A stretch of 64,000 bases of DNA from Candidatus Multivorans sp. Lineage in GTDB: Bacteria; Acidobacteriota; Thermoanaerobaculia; Multivoradales; Multivoraceae. The stretch is from NCBI GenBank assembly GCA_965224025.1, contig OZ245033.1, positions 2,752,001-2,816,000 of the forward strand. The letters are read 5' to 3'. Shown here piece after piece: positions 28,702 through 37,371 of this stretch (positions are counted from its first letter, which is position 1; every line of letters starts with the position of its first letter). The position numbers were made by a program, and so were the translations under genes. The notes beneath the pieces were generated by a model. That model was not told the DNA's origin and made no database searches. It saw only the letters and a program-made list of their open reading frames with translations.

Positions 28702-29235
28702 ATGGAATCAGACGACGCGAACCGACTGAGAAACTGGATTCGCGAGGTGTCCGACTTCCCGAGGCCCGGCATCCTGTTCAAGGACATCACGACGCTGCTC
28801 AAGGAGCCGGCGGCGCTGCGGGAGGCCGCTGACCGGCTCGCCGACCGGTTTGCGGACCGTCGGATCGATCAAGTGATCGGGATCGAAGCGCGCGGCTTCA
28901 TCTTCGCGCCGCTGGTGGCGTATCGACTGAACGCCGGTTTCGTGCCGGTGCGGAAACCAGGAAAGCTGCCGGCCGAGACGGCATCCCGCACGTACGAACT
29001 CGAGTACGGCAGCGACACGCTGGAGATGCATGTCGACGGCATCGCCCGCGGTGACCGGGTGGCCGTGGTCGACGATCTGCTCGCCACTGGCGGCACCGCC
29101 AGGGCGGCCGCCGATCTGGTCGAGTCGGTCGGGGCGAAGGTCGAGGCCCTCGGATTCGTCGTTGAACTGACATACCTCCAGGGCCGGCGACGCCTCGAAG
29201 GCTACGACGTGGTTGAATCGCTGGTCCGTTACTGA
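28702..29235 (+). CDS. apt: Adenine phosphoribosyltransferase
   Basis: [35 protein letters not shown]. Confidence 0.97.
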   Translation: MESDDANRLRNWIREVSDFPRPGILFKDITTLLKEPAALREAADRLADRFADRRIDQVIGIEARGFIFAPLVAYRLNAGFVPVRKPGKLPAETASRTYELEYGSDTLEMHVDGIARGDRVAVVDDLLATGGTARAAADLVESVGAKVEALGFVVELTYLQGRRRLEGYDVVESLVRY

Positions 29236-29278
29236 GATCCTTGGCGGGCGGCCGGTCCCGGGCCGGCCCGACGGGTCA

Positions 29279-29355
29279 GCGCCTGTAGCTCAGCGGGATA
29301 GAGCGCTGGATTCCTAATCCAGAGGTCGGAGGTTCGAGTCCTCCCAGGCGCACCA
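29279..29355 (+). tRNA. tRNA-Arg (anticodon CCT)
   Basis: Cloverleaf: GCGCCTG/CAGGCGC acceptor, GCTC/GAGC D-arm, CTGGA-TTCCTAA-TCCAG anticodon arm, GGAGG-TTCGAGT-CCTCC T-arm, encoded CCA. Confidence 0.97.
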
Positions 29356-29508
29356 CCCGCATCTCAGGGGATGGCGCGCTAGGGATTCCCAATCAAGAGG
29401 CAAGGAGGTTCGAGTCCTCCCAGGCGCACCACAGCCCGCAGGTCAGGCGAATGGCGCGATAGATTCCTAATCAAGAGGCAAGGAGGTTCGAGTCCTCCCA
29501 GGCGCACC
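29356..29508 (+). repeat. Two tandem ~76-bp units each ending in the tRNA-Arg 3' half
   Basis: ggaggttcgagtcctcccaggcgcacc repeated exactly at 29328, 29404 and 29482; degenerate anticodon-loop copies (gattcccaatc, gattcctaatc) precede them. Confidence 0.9.
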
Positions 29509-29521
29509 CGTCGCTCCGTAG

Positions 29522-29707
29522 CTACTCTTCGATCTCGCGCTTCGGCTTGTCCTCGTCCTCGTCTTCGCCGGGCTCGTTCAGGCCGCGCTTGAAGTTCCGG
29601 ATGCCGGCGCCCAGACCTCCAGCTAGCTTGGGAATACGGCTGGCGCCGAAGACCAGGACGATGATCGCGAGGACGATCAGCAGTTCGCCAAATCCCAGGG
29701 TCGGCAT
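29522..29707 (-). CDS. tatA: Twin-arginine translocase TatA/E
   Basis: [42 protein letters not shown]. Confidence 0.93.
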   Translation of the reverse strand: MPTLGFGELLIVLAIIVLVFGASRIPKLAGGLGAGIRNFKRGLNEPGEDEDEDKPKREIEE

Positions 29708-29855
29708 CGTGGGTGCTCCAGGTGGTTGAGTGGCGTCGCCGGATGACGGTGCTCTGCGTTGACAGACGCCTGAGGACAAGTCTGCCACAGAGGTGTTTCC
29801 CGTTTCTCCGGAGCCAAGGGCTGTTATGGTTTGCGCCGTCTGAGGGGGATTCTCC

Positions 29856-30695
29856 ATGAGCCGTCTGACACGAGAGGAAATACGGCGCGACGAGGTGCGC
29901 GAAGCGGTCTTTTCTGCTTCCGCCTGGTTCGCCGAACACGTCCGTCAAATCCTGCTGGGGGTCGCGGCGGCGATCGCTGTCGTGATCGGCGTCGTGCTGT
30001 TCCTCAACTACCAGGATCGCCGGGAAGCGGAGGCGAGCTTCCATCTCAGTGAAGCCCTCAAGGTCTATCGGGCAGAGATAGACGCGCCGGAGACGGACGC
30101 AATCGACGATCTCTTCGGCGCGCCGCCGGACAGTGCGCCGGGCGAGGACGACATCGGGGAGTCGGAGACTCCCGTCGCGGAAGATGACGGCGAAGACGAA
30201 GGCCTGAGCTTCGCCTCCGAGGCGGAACGGCGGGTGGAGGCTCGGGTGGCGCTCGAAGCGGTGCGCGAGAGTTACGGTTCAACCGCTTCAGGTCGGCTGG
30301 CTTCGGTCTACCTGGGCCGGATCGCCGCGGCCGAGGGCGATACCGTGGCGGCCCGTGAGTTGTGGACGGAGTTCCTCGAGAACAACGGAAGCGACCACGC
30401 ACTTGCCGTGAACCTGCAGTTGAACCTGTACAGCCTCGACCGCGCCGAGGGCCGGGGAGAGCAGCTTGCGGCCGAACTCCGTGGCGCGGTGGCGACCGAG
30501 ACCTCCGCGCTGCCGAAGGATGTACTGCTGTTCGAACTCGCCGCGACCCTGGACCAACTCGGCGACGAAGAGGGCGCCCGGGAGACCTTCCAGCGCATCG
30601 TCGACGAGTACCCGGACAGTGGCTACGCGATCCGGGCCCGGCAACAGCTCGGGCCCGAGCCCGCCGCCGCGAGTCCGTTCAGCTTCGGCGGTTAG
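29856..30695 (+). CDS. Membrane-anchored TPR protein (YfgM-like)
   Basis: [12 protein letters not shown]-terminus, single TM helix, TPR helices, EYPDS.YA. Confidence 0.75.
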   Translation: MSRLTREEIRRDEVREAVFSASAWFAEHVRQILLGVAAAIAVVIGVVLFLNYQDRREAEASFHLSEALKVYRAEIDAPETDAIDDLFGAPPDSAPGEDDIGESETPVAEDDGEDEGLSFASEAERRVEARVALEAVRESYGSTASGRLASVYLGRIAAAEGDTVAARELWTEFLENNGSDHALAVNLQLNLYSLDRAEGRGEQLAAELRGAVATETSALPKDVLLFELAATLDQLGDEEGARETFQRIVDEYPDSGYAIRARQQLGPEPAAASPFSFGG

Positions 30696-30707
30696 GAAAC
30701 CGTCCAC

Positions 30708-31976
30708 ATGGCCACGCCCTACGGCATTCTGAACCGGATGCGTCAGGGGCGGAGGCTGACCAGAGACGAGGTGTGGGCGGTGGTCGCGGGAGCGGCGGAC
30801 GGGAGTTGGACGGACGTACATCTTGCCGCCTTCCTGATGGCCGCCGCGATGCGGGGTCTCGATCCCGACGAGACGCGGGAGTTGACCCTGGCGATGCTCG
30901 AATCCGGCGACCGGTGGGCGCTTGCCGCGGACTTCGGTCCGCTCGTCGACAAGCACTCGACTGGCGGAGTCGGCGACACGGTGAGCCTGATCGTTCTGCC
31001 CTTGTTGGCCTCGTGCGGCGTGCCGGCGGCCAAGCTCACCGGCCGATCTCTGGGTCACAGCGGCGGCACCGCGGACAAGCTGGAGAGCATCCCCGGCTTG
31101 CAGTTGGAATTGGACAGGAGCAGGACCCTCGGTCTGCTCGATCGCTTCGGCATGGCGATCGGCATCGCCACCGCGGGCATCGCGCCGGCCGACAAGCGCC
31201 TGTACGGCCTGAGGGACCGGACCTCGACCGTGAGTTCGATCCCGCTCGTCGTCGGCAGCATCCTGTCGAAGAAGCTCGCCTTGGGCGCATCCGGCATCGT
31301 CTTCGACGTGAAGACCGGCAATGGCGGCTTCTTTCCCGACGCCGAGGACACCCGCACGCTCGCGTCCGGCCTGGTCGAGGTCAGCGTCGCCTGCGGCACG
31401 CCGGCGGACTGTGTCCTGAGCGACATGAGTCAGCCTCTTGGCCGCTGGGTCGGCCACGCCGCCGAAGTGCGGGAGGCACTGGACTTCCTGGACGGGGACG
31501 GCGACCCGCGCCTGTTCGAAGTGGTCGCCGCGGTCTGCCGGAAGGCAGCCCGCCTCGTCGGCAAGGAGATGTCTCGGAAGGACATCGAGGCCGTGATCGC
31601 CTCCGCCGCCGCCCGCCAGAAGCTCGTCGACTGGGCCGACGCCCAGGGCGCCGAGCCCGGCTGGATCGACGCCCTGGACGTGGCGCCGGTCGAAGCCGTG
31701 GTCACCGCCTCCGAGTCGGGTTTCCTCGAAGCCGTCGACTGTAGACGAATCGGCAAGGCCTTCGCCGACGCCTGCCGCCCCGACCGCGACCCGAACAGGA
31801 TCGACCACGCGGTGGCGCTCCGCTACGACGTCCGCCTCGGACAGAAGGTCGAACGAGGCCAGGAACTCGCACGGTTGTACGTCCGGCGCGACCCGGAAGT
31901 CCTGCAACGCGAGGTCGCCGCGTCGCTCGTCATAGGCGAGGAAACCGAGCCGCCGCCGGCCGTGGCGGAGGGCTGA
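30708..31976 (+). CDS. pdp: Thymidine/pyrimidine-nucleoside phosphorylase
   Basis: DKHSTGGVGD, GRSLGHSGGTADKLESIPG, SILSKKLA, DVKTG. Confidence 0.93.
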   Translation: MATPYGILNRMRQGRRLTRDEVWAVVAGAADGSWTDVHLAAFLMAAAMRGLDPDETRELTLAMLESGDRWALAADFGPLVDKHSTGGVGDTVSLIVLPLLASCGVPAAKLTGRSLGHSGGTADKLESIPGLQLELDRSRTLGLLDRFGMAIGIATAGIAPADKRLYGLRDRTSTVSSIPLVVGSILSKKLALGASGIVFDVKTGNGGFFPDAEDTRTLASGLVEVSVACGTPADCVLSDMSQPLGRWVGHAAEVREALDFLDGDGDPRLFEVVAAVCRKAARLVGKEMSRKDIEAVIASAAARQKLVDWADAQGAEPGWIDALDVAPVEAVVTASESGFLEAVDCRRIGKAFADACRPDRDPNRIDHAVALRYDVRLGQKVERGQELARLYVRRDPEVLQREVAASLVIGEETEPPPAVAEG

Positions 31977-32056
31977 AGGGCCCCGGCCGAGGATGGTGGG
32001 CGGTGGTTGCGCGGTCTGGCGCTCGGTCATAGGGTAAACGATGAGCCCTGCGTACC

Positions 32057-32254
32057 GTGGAGATGGCGATGACCATGAACATCAAGAAAGAGGAGGCCTG
32101 CCGTCTCGCAGGCGAGGAGCGCCGGCGTGACCTGGATGCCCGGGTCGACCAGTTGCTTGCCATCGGCCGGCGCTGTGCCGAGTCCCTACAGCCGGGACCT
32201 TCGGCCGCCGAGCACGGCGACCTGCTCTACGATGACGAAGGCTTGCCGAGTTAA
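32057..32254 (+). pseudogene. VapB-like antitoxin (Rv0623-type) with internal deletion, no cognate toxin
   Basis: MNIK.EEA.RLA.E and LLAIGRRCA...HGDLLYDDEGLP ends are present; the central 'ARLTGE..T.A...AL' helix expected for the family is missing. Confidence 0.6.
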
Positions 32255-32297
32255 CGTTTGTCACCGCGGAGCACCTCGAAAACGAGGTCTGGACCTG

Positions 32298-32417
32298 CGC
32301 GGGCAGGAACTCGCGCGACTGTAGGTGCGGCGTGACCCGGAACGGCTGCGAAACGAGGTCGCGGCTGCGCTCTTGATCGGGGAGCAAACTCAGGCTCCGC
32401 AGGCCGTGGCGGAGTAG
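32298..32417 (+). pseudogene. Diverged duplicate of the pdp 3' end
   Basis: RGQELARL*VRRDPERLRNEVAAALLIGEQTQAPQAVAE* vs pdp 31854-31976; 29/39 residues identical by hand count. Confidence 0.85.
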
Positions 32418-32536
32418 AGCGTGTCAGCCGAGTTGGCCGGCCTCGGACGCCGACGCTCCATGGTCGGTGCGGGGCCCAGCGGCGCGTTAGGGTTGCGTCA
32501 GAGCCGGAGTGTGCAACGCGTGGAGGTCGGCGACGG

Positions 32537-34102
32537 ATGGAGATTCCGAAGAACGAGCTGGAGCGGGTGCGGGCGCGGTACAAGACGAGGGGCGACCACC
32601 CCGGTCATGCAAGCGAATGGGTGGCGACGATGGACAGGGATAGGTCTCGCCAGATCGGGGAGGCGGCTCGGCGCTTTGCTAACGGCGGCGGACTGAGGCA
32701 GTTCGCCGAGAGCTACCGGCCGCTGCTGGGTGCCCCGCAATGGGACGGTCCCTTGGTTCGCCGACTCGCGGACGGATTGGAGGGAGACGAAGAGGCGACG
32801 GATGATCTGCGGCGCTTCGTCTGGCTGCCGGCCAGCGACGACGAAGCTGCCGCGCAGGTGGATGGCTTTGCCGGGTGGATTCTCGGCCGGCTTCCTAGCG
32901 GCCCGGAGGATCCGGGGAGCTACCTTTGCCCGATGATCCTGAGCGTCTGCTGGCACGGGCAGGACGCCGGCCGCTGGCAGTTGTATACGTCGAGTTGGCT
33001 GTCCAGCCTCCGGTCCGAGGCTTCCGGTGTTTGCCGGCGTTACCGCAGAGGGGCAGGAGCATCACCTGGCGAGCGCTACGTCGAGTTCAGTCGGGCGATC
33101 GGGGAGTTGAGTAAGGCGCTCGACGTCGACTCGTGGGAATTGACGTTGAAGATGATCGGGCGGTGGAAGGCAGGTCGAGCAGACGCGTCCGCGGAAGACG
33201 CTACCGAGAAGCCCATCGGCAACTACACCATTGCCGCCGCCGCCGCCGACATCTTCCTCGACCGCGCCGACATCGAGCGCCTGCTCTCCCAGCTCAAGCG
33301 CAAGAAGAACCTCGTCCTTCAGGGTCCGCCCGGCACCGGAAAGACGTTCATCGCGCAGCGGCTGGCATGGGTCCTGGCGGCAGAGCGGTCGATGGAGCGC
33401 ATCGAGGCTGTGCAGTTCCACCAGTCCTACGGCTACGAGGACTTCGTCCGCGGCTACCGGCCCACGGAAGAGGGCGGCTTCGTGCTCCGCGACGGGCCGT
33501 TTCTCGACTTCTGCGAGCGGGCGCGCGAGGACGGCGAGCGGCCCTATGTGCTGTTGATCGACGAGATCAACCGAGGCAATCTGAGCCGCATCTTCGGAGA
33601 GTTGCTGATGCTGATCGAGGCGGACAAGCGGTCGGAGGAGTGGGCCGTACGGCTCGCCTACCCGCGAGCCGGCGACGAACGGTTCCATGTGCCGGAGAAC
33701 CTCCACCTGATCGGCACGATGAACACGGCGGACCGTTCTCTGGCGCTGGTCGACTACGCGCTGCGCCGGCGTTTCGCTTTTTTCACGGTCGAGCCGGCGT
33801 TCGGGCAACCTCGGTTCCTGCGTCACTTGGAGGATCGAGGCGTCCCGGCGTCAGTCCGCAAGCGCATTGGCGAGCGGCTCGGTGCTCTGAACGAGACGAT
33901 CGCCGAGGACTCGGACTTGGGATCCGGTTTCCGCATTGGCCACAGCTACTTCTGCGACCCGCCCTTGGGAGAGTCGCCCGACCACGACCGTTGGTTCGAG
34001 GAGATCGTCGGCTTCGACATCGCGCCGCTGCTCGATGAGTACTGGTTCGACACGCCAGAGAAAGCTCCGGGAGCCGTAGCGAACCTGCTTGCCGGCGACT
34101 GA
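32537..34102 (+). CDS. mcrB: McrB-family AAA+ GTPase (type IV restriction) with atypical N-terminal domain
   Basis: GPPGTGKT, QFHQSYGYEDF, IDEINRGN, MNTADRS, ALRRRF, GHSYF. Confidence 0.93.
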   Translation: MEIPKNELERVRARYKTRGDHPGHASEWVATMDRDRSRQIGEAARRFANGGGLRQFAESYRPLLGAPQWDGPLVRRLADGLEGDEEATDDLRRFVWLPASDDEAAAQVDGFAGWILGRLPSGPEDPGSYLCPMILSVCWHGQDAGRWQLYTSSWLSSLRSEASGVCRRYRRGAGASPGERYVEFSRAIGELSKALDVDSWELTLKMIGRWKAGRADASAEDATEKPIGNYTIAAAAADIFLDRADIERLLSQLKRKKNLVLQGPPGTGKTFIAQRLAWVLAAERSMERIEAVQFHQSYGYEDFVRGYRPTEEGGFVLRDGPFLDFCERAREDGERPYVLLIDEINRGNLSRIFGELLMLIEADKRSEEWAVRLAYPRAGDERFHVPENLHLIGTMNTADRSLALVDYALRRRFAFFTVEPAFGQPRFLRHLEDRGVPASVRKRIGERLGALNETIAEDSDLGSGFRIGHSYFCDPPLGESPDHDRWFEEIVGFDIAPLLDEYWFDTPEKAPGAVANLLAGD

Positions 34103-34114
34103 CCCGCATCCGCG

Positions 34115-35206
34115 ATGAAGATTCCGGCCCACACTCTCTACGTCGTGCTCTGCTACGCGTGGAAGCGGTACGAGCGTCTGGACTCGGCGGCGGCAAGAGA
34201 ACACGCTTCGGCCCCGGACGATCTGCCGCAGAACCTCCTGGCCCGGCTGCTCCGCGACAGCTTCCGGCGGCTGTGGCGGCGGGGCCTCGATCGCGGCTAC
34301 CTGGAGCGTGCCGAGGACGTACGGCGGCCGAAGGGGAAGATCGACATGGCGCGAACCGTGGCCCGGGCGCTTCGTTCCCGCGCTCGCGTGGCGGTGCGCT
34401 ACGAGGAGTTGACCCGGAATGTGCTGCCCAACCGCCTCGTCAAGTCGACGATGCTGCGGCTGGCGTCGCTGCCCGCGCACGATTTCGACCCCGAGCTGCG
34501 TCGCGACCTGCTGCGCCTGGCACGCCTGCTTCCCGAAGTCGATGAGGTCGAGTTGCGGGGCGAGTTCTTCCACGGCGTGCAGCTCCACCGCAACAACTCG
34601 GACTACGGCTTCCTCCTCAGCGTCTGCCGACTGGTTGCCGGCCGGCTGGTTCCCGAGGGCCGGTCCGGCCGCTACTGGTTCCGGGCATTCTCGGCCAGCG
34701 ACACAGAGATGGGGAACCTGTTCGAGGCCTTCGTACGCGGCTTCCTGAGGCGTGAGCGGCGGGCGCTCAGGGTTCGACCGGGCAACACGCGGATCTCCTT
34801 TGGCGCTCTCGCACCGGTTGGAGCACCGAGTGTGCCCGCCATGCTCGCCGACATTTTCGTCCCCGCGCGCGGCGCCTCGGAGGGTCGACGGAGCGTCATC
34901 GTGGAGACGAAGTGCGTGAACGATCCGTTCGCCCGCGACGAGAAGCTCCGCTCGGACCACCTCTACCAGCTTTGGGCCTACCTCACGAACTACTCCCGCG
35001 CCAACCCCGCGGATCGTTCGCCCGCCGGCCTGCTGCTCTACGCCACGGACGGCCGCTCGTTCCGCCACGCGTACGACTTTCCCGGCCACCCGATCGAGGT
35101 CCGCTCGCTTGACCTGGGCCAGGGCTGGTCGGACCTTCGCCGCGACCTTCACGACCTCGCCAATGATTTGGCCGGAGTTGCCGGCGCAAGCGCGTCAGCC
35201 GCTTGA
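34115..35206 (+). CDS. mcrC: McrC-family restriction endonuclease
   Basis: MKIP..LY..LCYAW, RGLDRGY, LFEAFVR, ADI...VETK, LYQL.AYL. Confidence 0.9.
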   Translation: MKIPAHTLYVVLCYAWKRYERLDSAAAREHASAPDDLPQNLLARLLRDSFRRLWRRGLDRGYLERAEDVRRPKGKIDMARTVARALRSRARVAVRYEELTRNVLPNRLVKSTMLRLASLPAHDFDPELRRDLLRLARLLPEVDEVELRGEFFHGVQLHRNNSDYGFLLSVCRLVAGRLVPEGRSGRYWFRAFSASDTEMGNLFEAFVRGFLRRERRALRVRPGNTRISFGALAPVGAPSVPAMLADIFVPARGASEGRRSVIVETKCVNDPFARDEKLRSDHLYQLWAYLTNYSRANPADRSPAGLLLYATDGRSFRHAYDFPGHPIEVRSLDLGQGWSDLRRDLHDLANDLAGVAGASASAA

Positions 35207-35276
35207 GGCCGGAGTGCGGTCGCGGAACCCCGCGCAGCTCTTGGCCCTTGGCGGCCGGCCTGAGAATCACCGCTTC

Positions 35277-35711
35277 TCAGGGCGCCGCGACGTGGGGGAG
35301 CCGCTGCATGGCCGCGTCGAAGGTGTAGACGCCGTCCAGCAGTTCGCCGTCGGTCGCCGCGGTCCGGAGCGCCTTGAACACGATCAGCGCGTCGGCGAAT
35401 CCGACGCGTCTGGCCGACCCTGTTTCGCCGGCCGCCCCGTCGCTGCGGTAGGCGTGGAGAGCTCGCCACACGACCTGGTCGTCCTCGAAACGGATGCCCG
35501 GCTCGCTGAACAGCCGTTCGAGGACGGCCACCAGTTGAGCCTTCGGCAGTCCGTACTTCCTGCCGGAGAGCGTCCAGATCGTCTCCACCAGGACGACGTC
35601 TGTGACCAGGATCGTCTCGCCGGCAGCGAAGACGGCGGCTGCACGAGCCGCCTGCGCCTCGTCGTCCTGGAGCACGTAGCGGAGCAGCACGCTCGTGTCG
35701 ACTGCGATCAA
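35277..35711 (-). CDS. PIN-domain (VapC) toxin
   Basis: IAVDTSVLLRY, VLVETIW, FADAL, TFD; TTG start overlaps the antitoxin stop. Confidence 0.88.
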   Translation of the reverse strand: MIAVDTSVLLRYVLQDDEAQAARAAAVFAAGETILVTDVVLVETIWTLSGRKYGLPKAQLVAVLERLFSEPGIRFEDDQVVWRALHAYRSDGAAGETGSARRVGFADALIVFKALRTAATDGELLDGVYTFDAAMQRLPHVAAP

Positions 35712-35935
35712 GGCCTCGACACGTCGAGTGCGCTCCGCAGCGACTCGTCGTCGCTCATCACCGGGTCGCCGGTGACGTGCCGCAGAAAGCCCCTGGCCGC
35801 GCCGGCCTCCTTCCGCACGATGGTGATGCGGCCCTCGGCAACGAAGCAGCGGTACTCGTCGCCGGGTTCGATACCGGCCTCCCTGCATTGAGCGATGGGG
35901 AGCGTGATCTGGCGTTTGGCGCTCACTCGCGGCAT
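35708..35935 (-). CDS. AbrB/MazE-family antitoxin
   Basis: VSAKRQITLP...GIEPGD. Confidence 0.88.
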   Translation of the reverse strand: MPRVSAKRQITLPIAQCREAGIEPGDEYRCFVAEGRITIVRKEAGAARGFLRHVTGDPVMSDDESLRSALDVSRP

Positions 35936-36051
35936 GATGTCGTCTCTTCCCGGATGGCCGATGCGAGTGAAGGCTAGCCGCGTTCTTTACTGTGAGTCAA
36001 GAGGTAAAGAACGCTGCCGCGGGGGCAAGTCGCCTCGTTACACTGCGGCCG

Positions 36052-37371
36052 GTGAAGGCTTCGATTCTCGCGGTGGGCGCCGAGTTGCTCGGTACGGACC
36101 GGCTCGATACGAACTCGCTGGTGCTGACGGAGGTGCTGAGGCGGCGGGGAGTGGAGCTGGTCTCGAAGGCGGTCGTCGGCGACGACGTGGTCGAGATCGC
36201 GGAGACGTTGGATGGACTCCGGGAGCGGGCGGACCTGCTGCTCGTGACCGGCGGGCTGGGCCCGACCCGGGACGATCTGACGCGGGAGGGTCTGGCTCGG
36301 CTGCTGGGGCGGTCCGTCGCGGTGGACGAGGCGTTGTGGGACCAGATCGAGCGTGGGTTTCGCAAGCTCGGGCGGCGCATCCCGCGGGTCAACCGCAAGC
36401 AGGCGGAGCGGGTCGATGGCGCCGAGATGCTGCCGAACCGCGCCGGCGTGGCGCCCGGGCAGCGGATCGAGGATCCGGCGCCGGCGCATCGGGGCACGAC
36501 GTACTTCCTGTTCCCCGGCGTGCCGCGGGAACTGAAGGCTCTGGTGGCCGATGCGCTGGATCCGTGGCTGGCGGCACGGGCCGAGGACGGCTCGGGGTTC
36601 GATCAGGTCGAGGTTCGGGTCGCCTGCCTGCCGGAGTCGGTGGTCGAGGAGCGGATCGCGCCGGTCTATGAGCGATTCGGCGACGAGGACGTGTCCGTGC
36701 TGGCGAGGCCGGGCGAGATCCGGCTGCGGCTGCGAGCCGGCGGGCCGGTCGCGGGCAGGGCGCCGCGTCTCGCGGAGATGGAATCGGCGGTCCGGCAGGC
36801 GTTGGGCGAGGCGGTCTTCTACGTCGGCCAGGTAGAGGACGGCATCGAGTTCGAGGCCGCGGTCGGCGACTTGCTGACGGCACGAGGAGAGACGGTGTCG
36901 GTCGCCGAGTCCTGTACGGGCGGCCTGCTCGGCCAGCGTTTCACGGCCACCCCGGGCAGCAGCGCGTACTTCGTAGGCGGCTTTCTGACCTACTCGAACG
37001 AACTGAAGATGCGCCTGCTCGGCGTTGCGCGGGAAACCCTGGTGGAACACGGCGCCGTGTCGAAGCCGACGGCGCTTGCGATGGCTGCGGGAGCCCGGGA
37101 ACGTTGCGGCAGCGACTACGGCATCGGGATCACGGGTGTCGCGGGTCCCGGCGGCGGCACCCAGGAGCGGCCGGTGGGGACCGTCCACATCGCGGTCGCC
37201 GGACCGGCAGCCGCTCGTTCGCACTTCGAGGCGCGCTTTCCCGGTGACCGGGCCCGGGTGCGGCAACTCTCGACCCAGTTCGCGCTCGAGCTGCTGCGGC
37301 AAATGCTGCTGCCGGGGGAGACCGAGCGAGACCTGCTGCCCTGGGCCGCGCCGCGTGGGGAGGCATCGTGA
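36052..37371 (+). CDS. cinA: CinA / NMN deamidase (PncC) fusion protein
   Basis: GAELL...DTNS, TGGLGPT.DD, PGVPRE, AESCTGG, GVAGPGGG. Confidence 0.93.
   Translation: MKASILAVGAELLGTDRLDTNSLVLTEVLRRRGVELVSKAVVGDDVVEIAETLDGLRERADLLLVTGGLGPTRDDLTREGLARLLGRSVAVDEALWDQIERGFRKLGRRIPRVNRKQAERVDGAEMLPNRAGVAPGQRIEDPAPAHRGTTYFLFPGVPRELKALVADALDPWLAARAEDGSGFDQVEVRVACLPESVVEERIAPVYERFGDEDVSVLARPGEIRLRLRAGGPVAGRAPRLAEMESAVRQALGEAVFYVGQVEDGIEFEAAVGDLLTARGETVSVAESCTGGLLGQRFTATPGSSAYFVGGFLTYSNELKMRLLGVARETLVEHGAVSKPTALAMAAGARERCGSDYGIGITGVAGPGGGTQERPVGTVHIAVAGPAAARSHFEARFPGDRARVRQLSTQFALELLRQMLLPGETERDLLPWAAPRGEAS

Noticed and set aside
29328-29508. CRISPR array (27-bp repeat three times with ~50-bp spacers)
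   Set aside because: The repeat is the tRNA T-arm/acceptor, the spacers resemble each other, and no cas genes are present.
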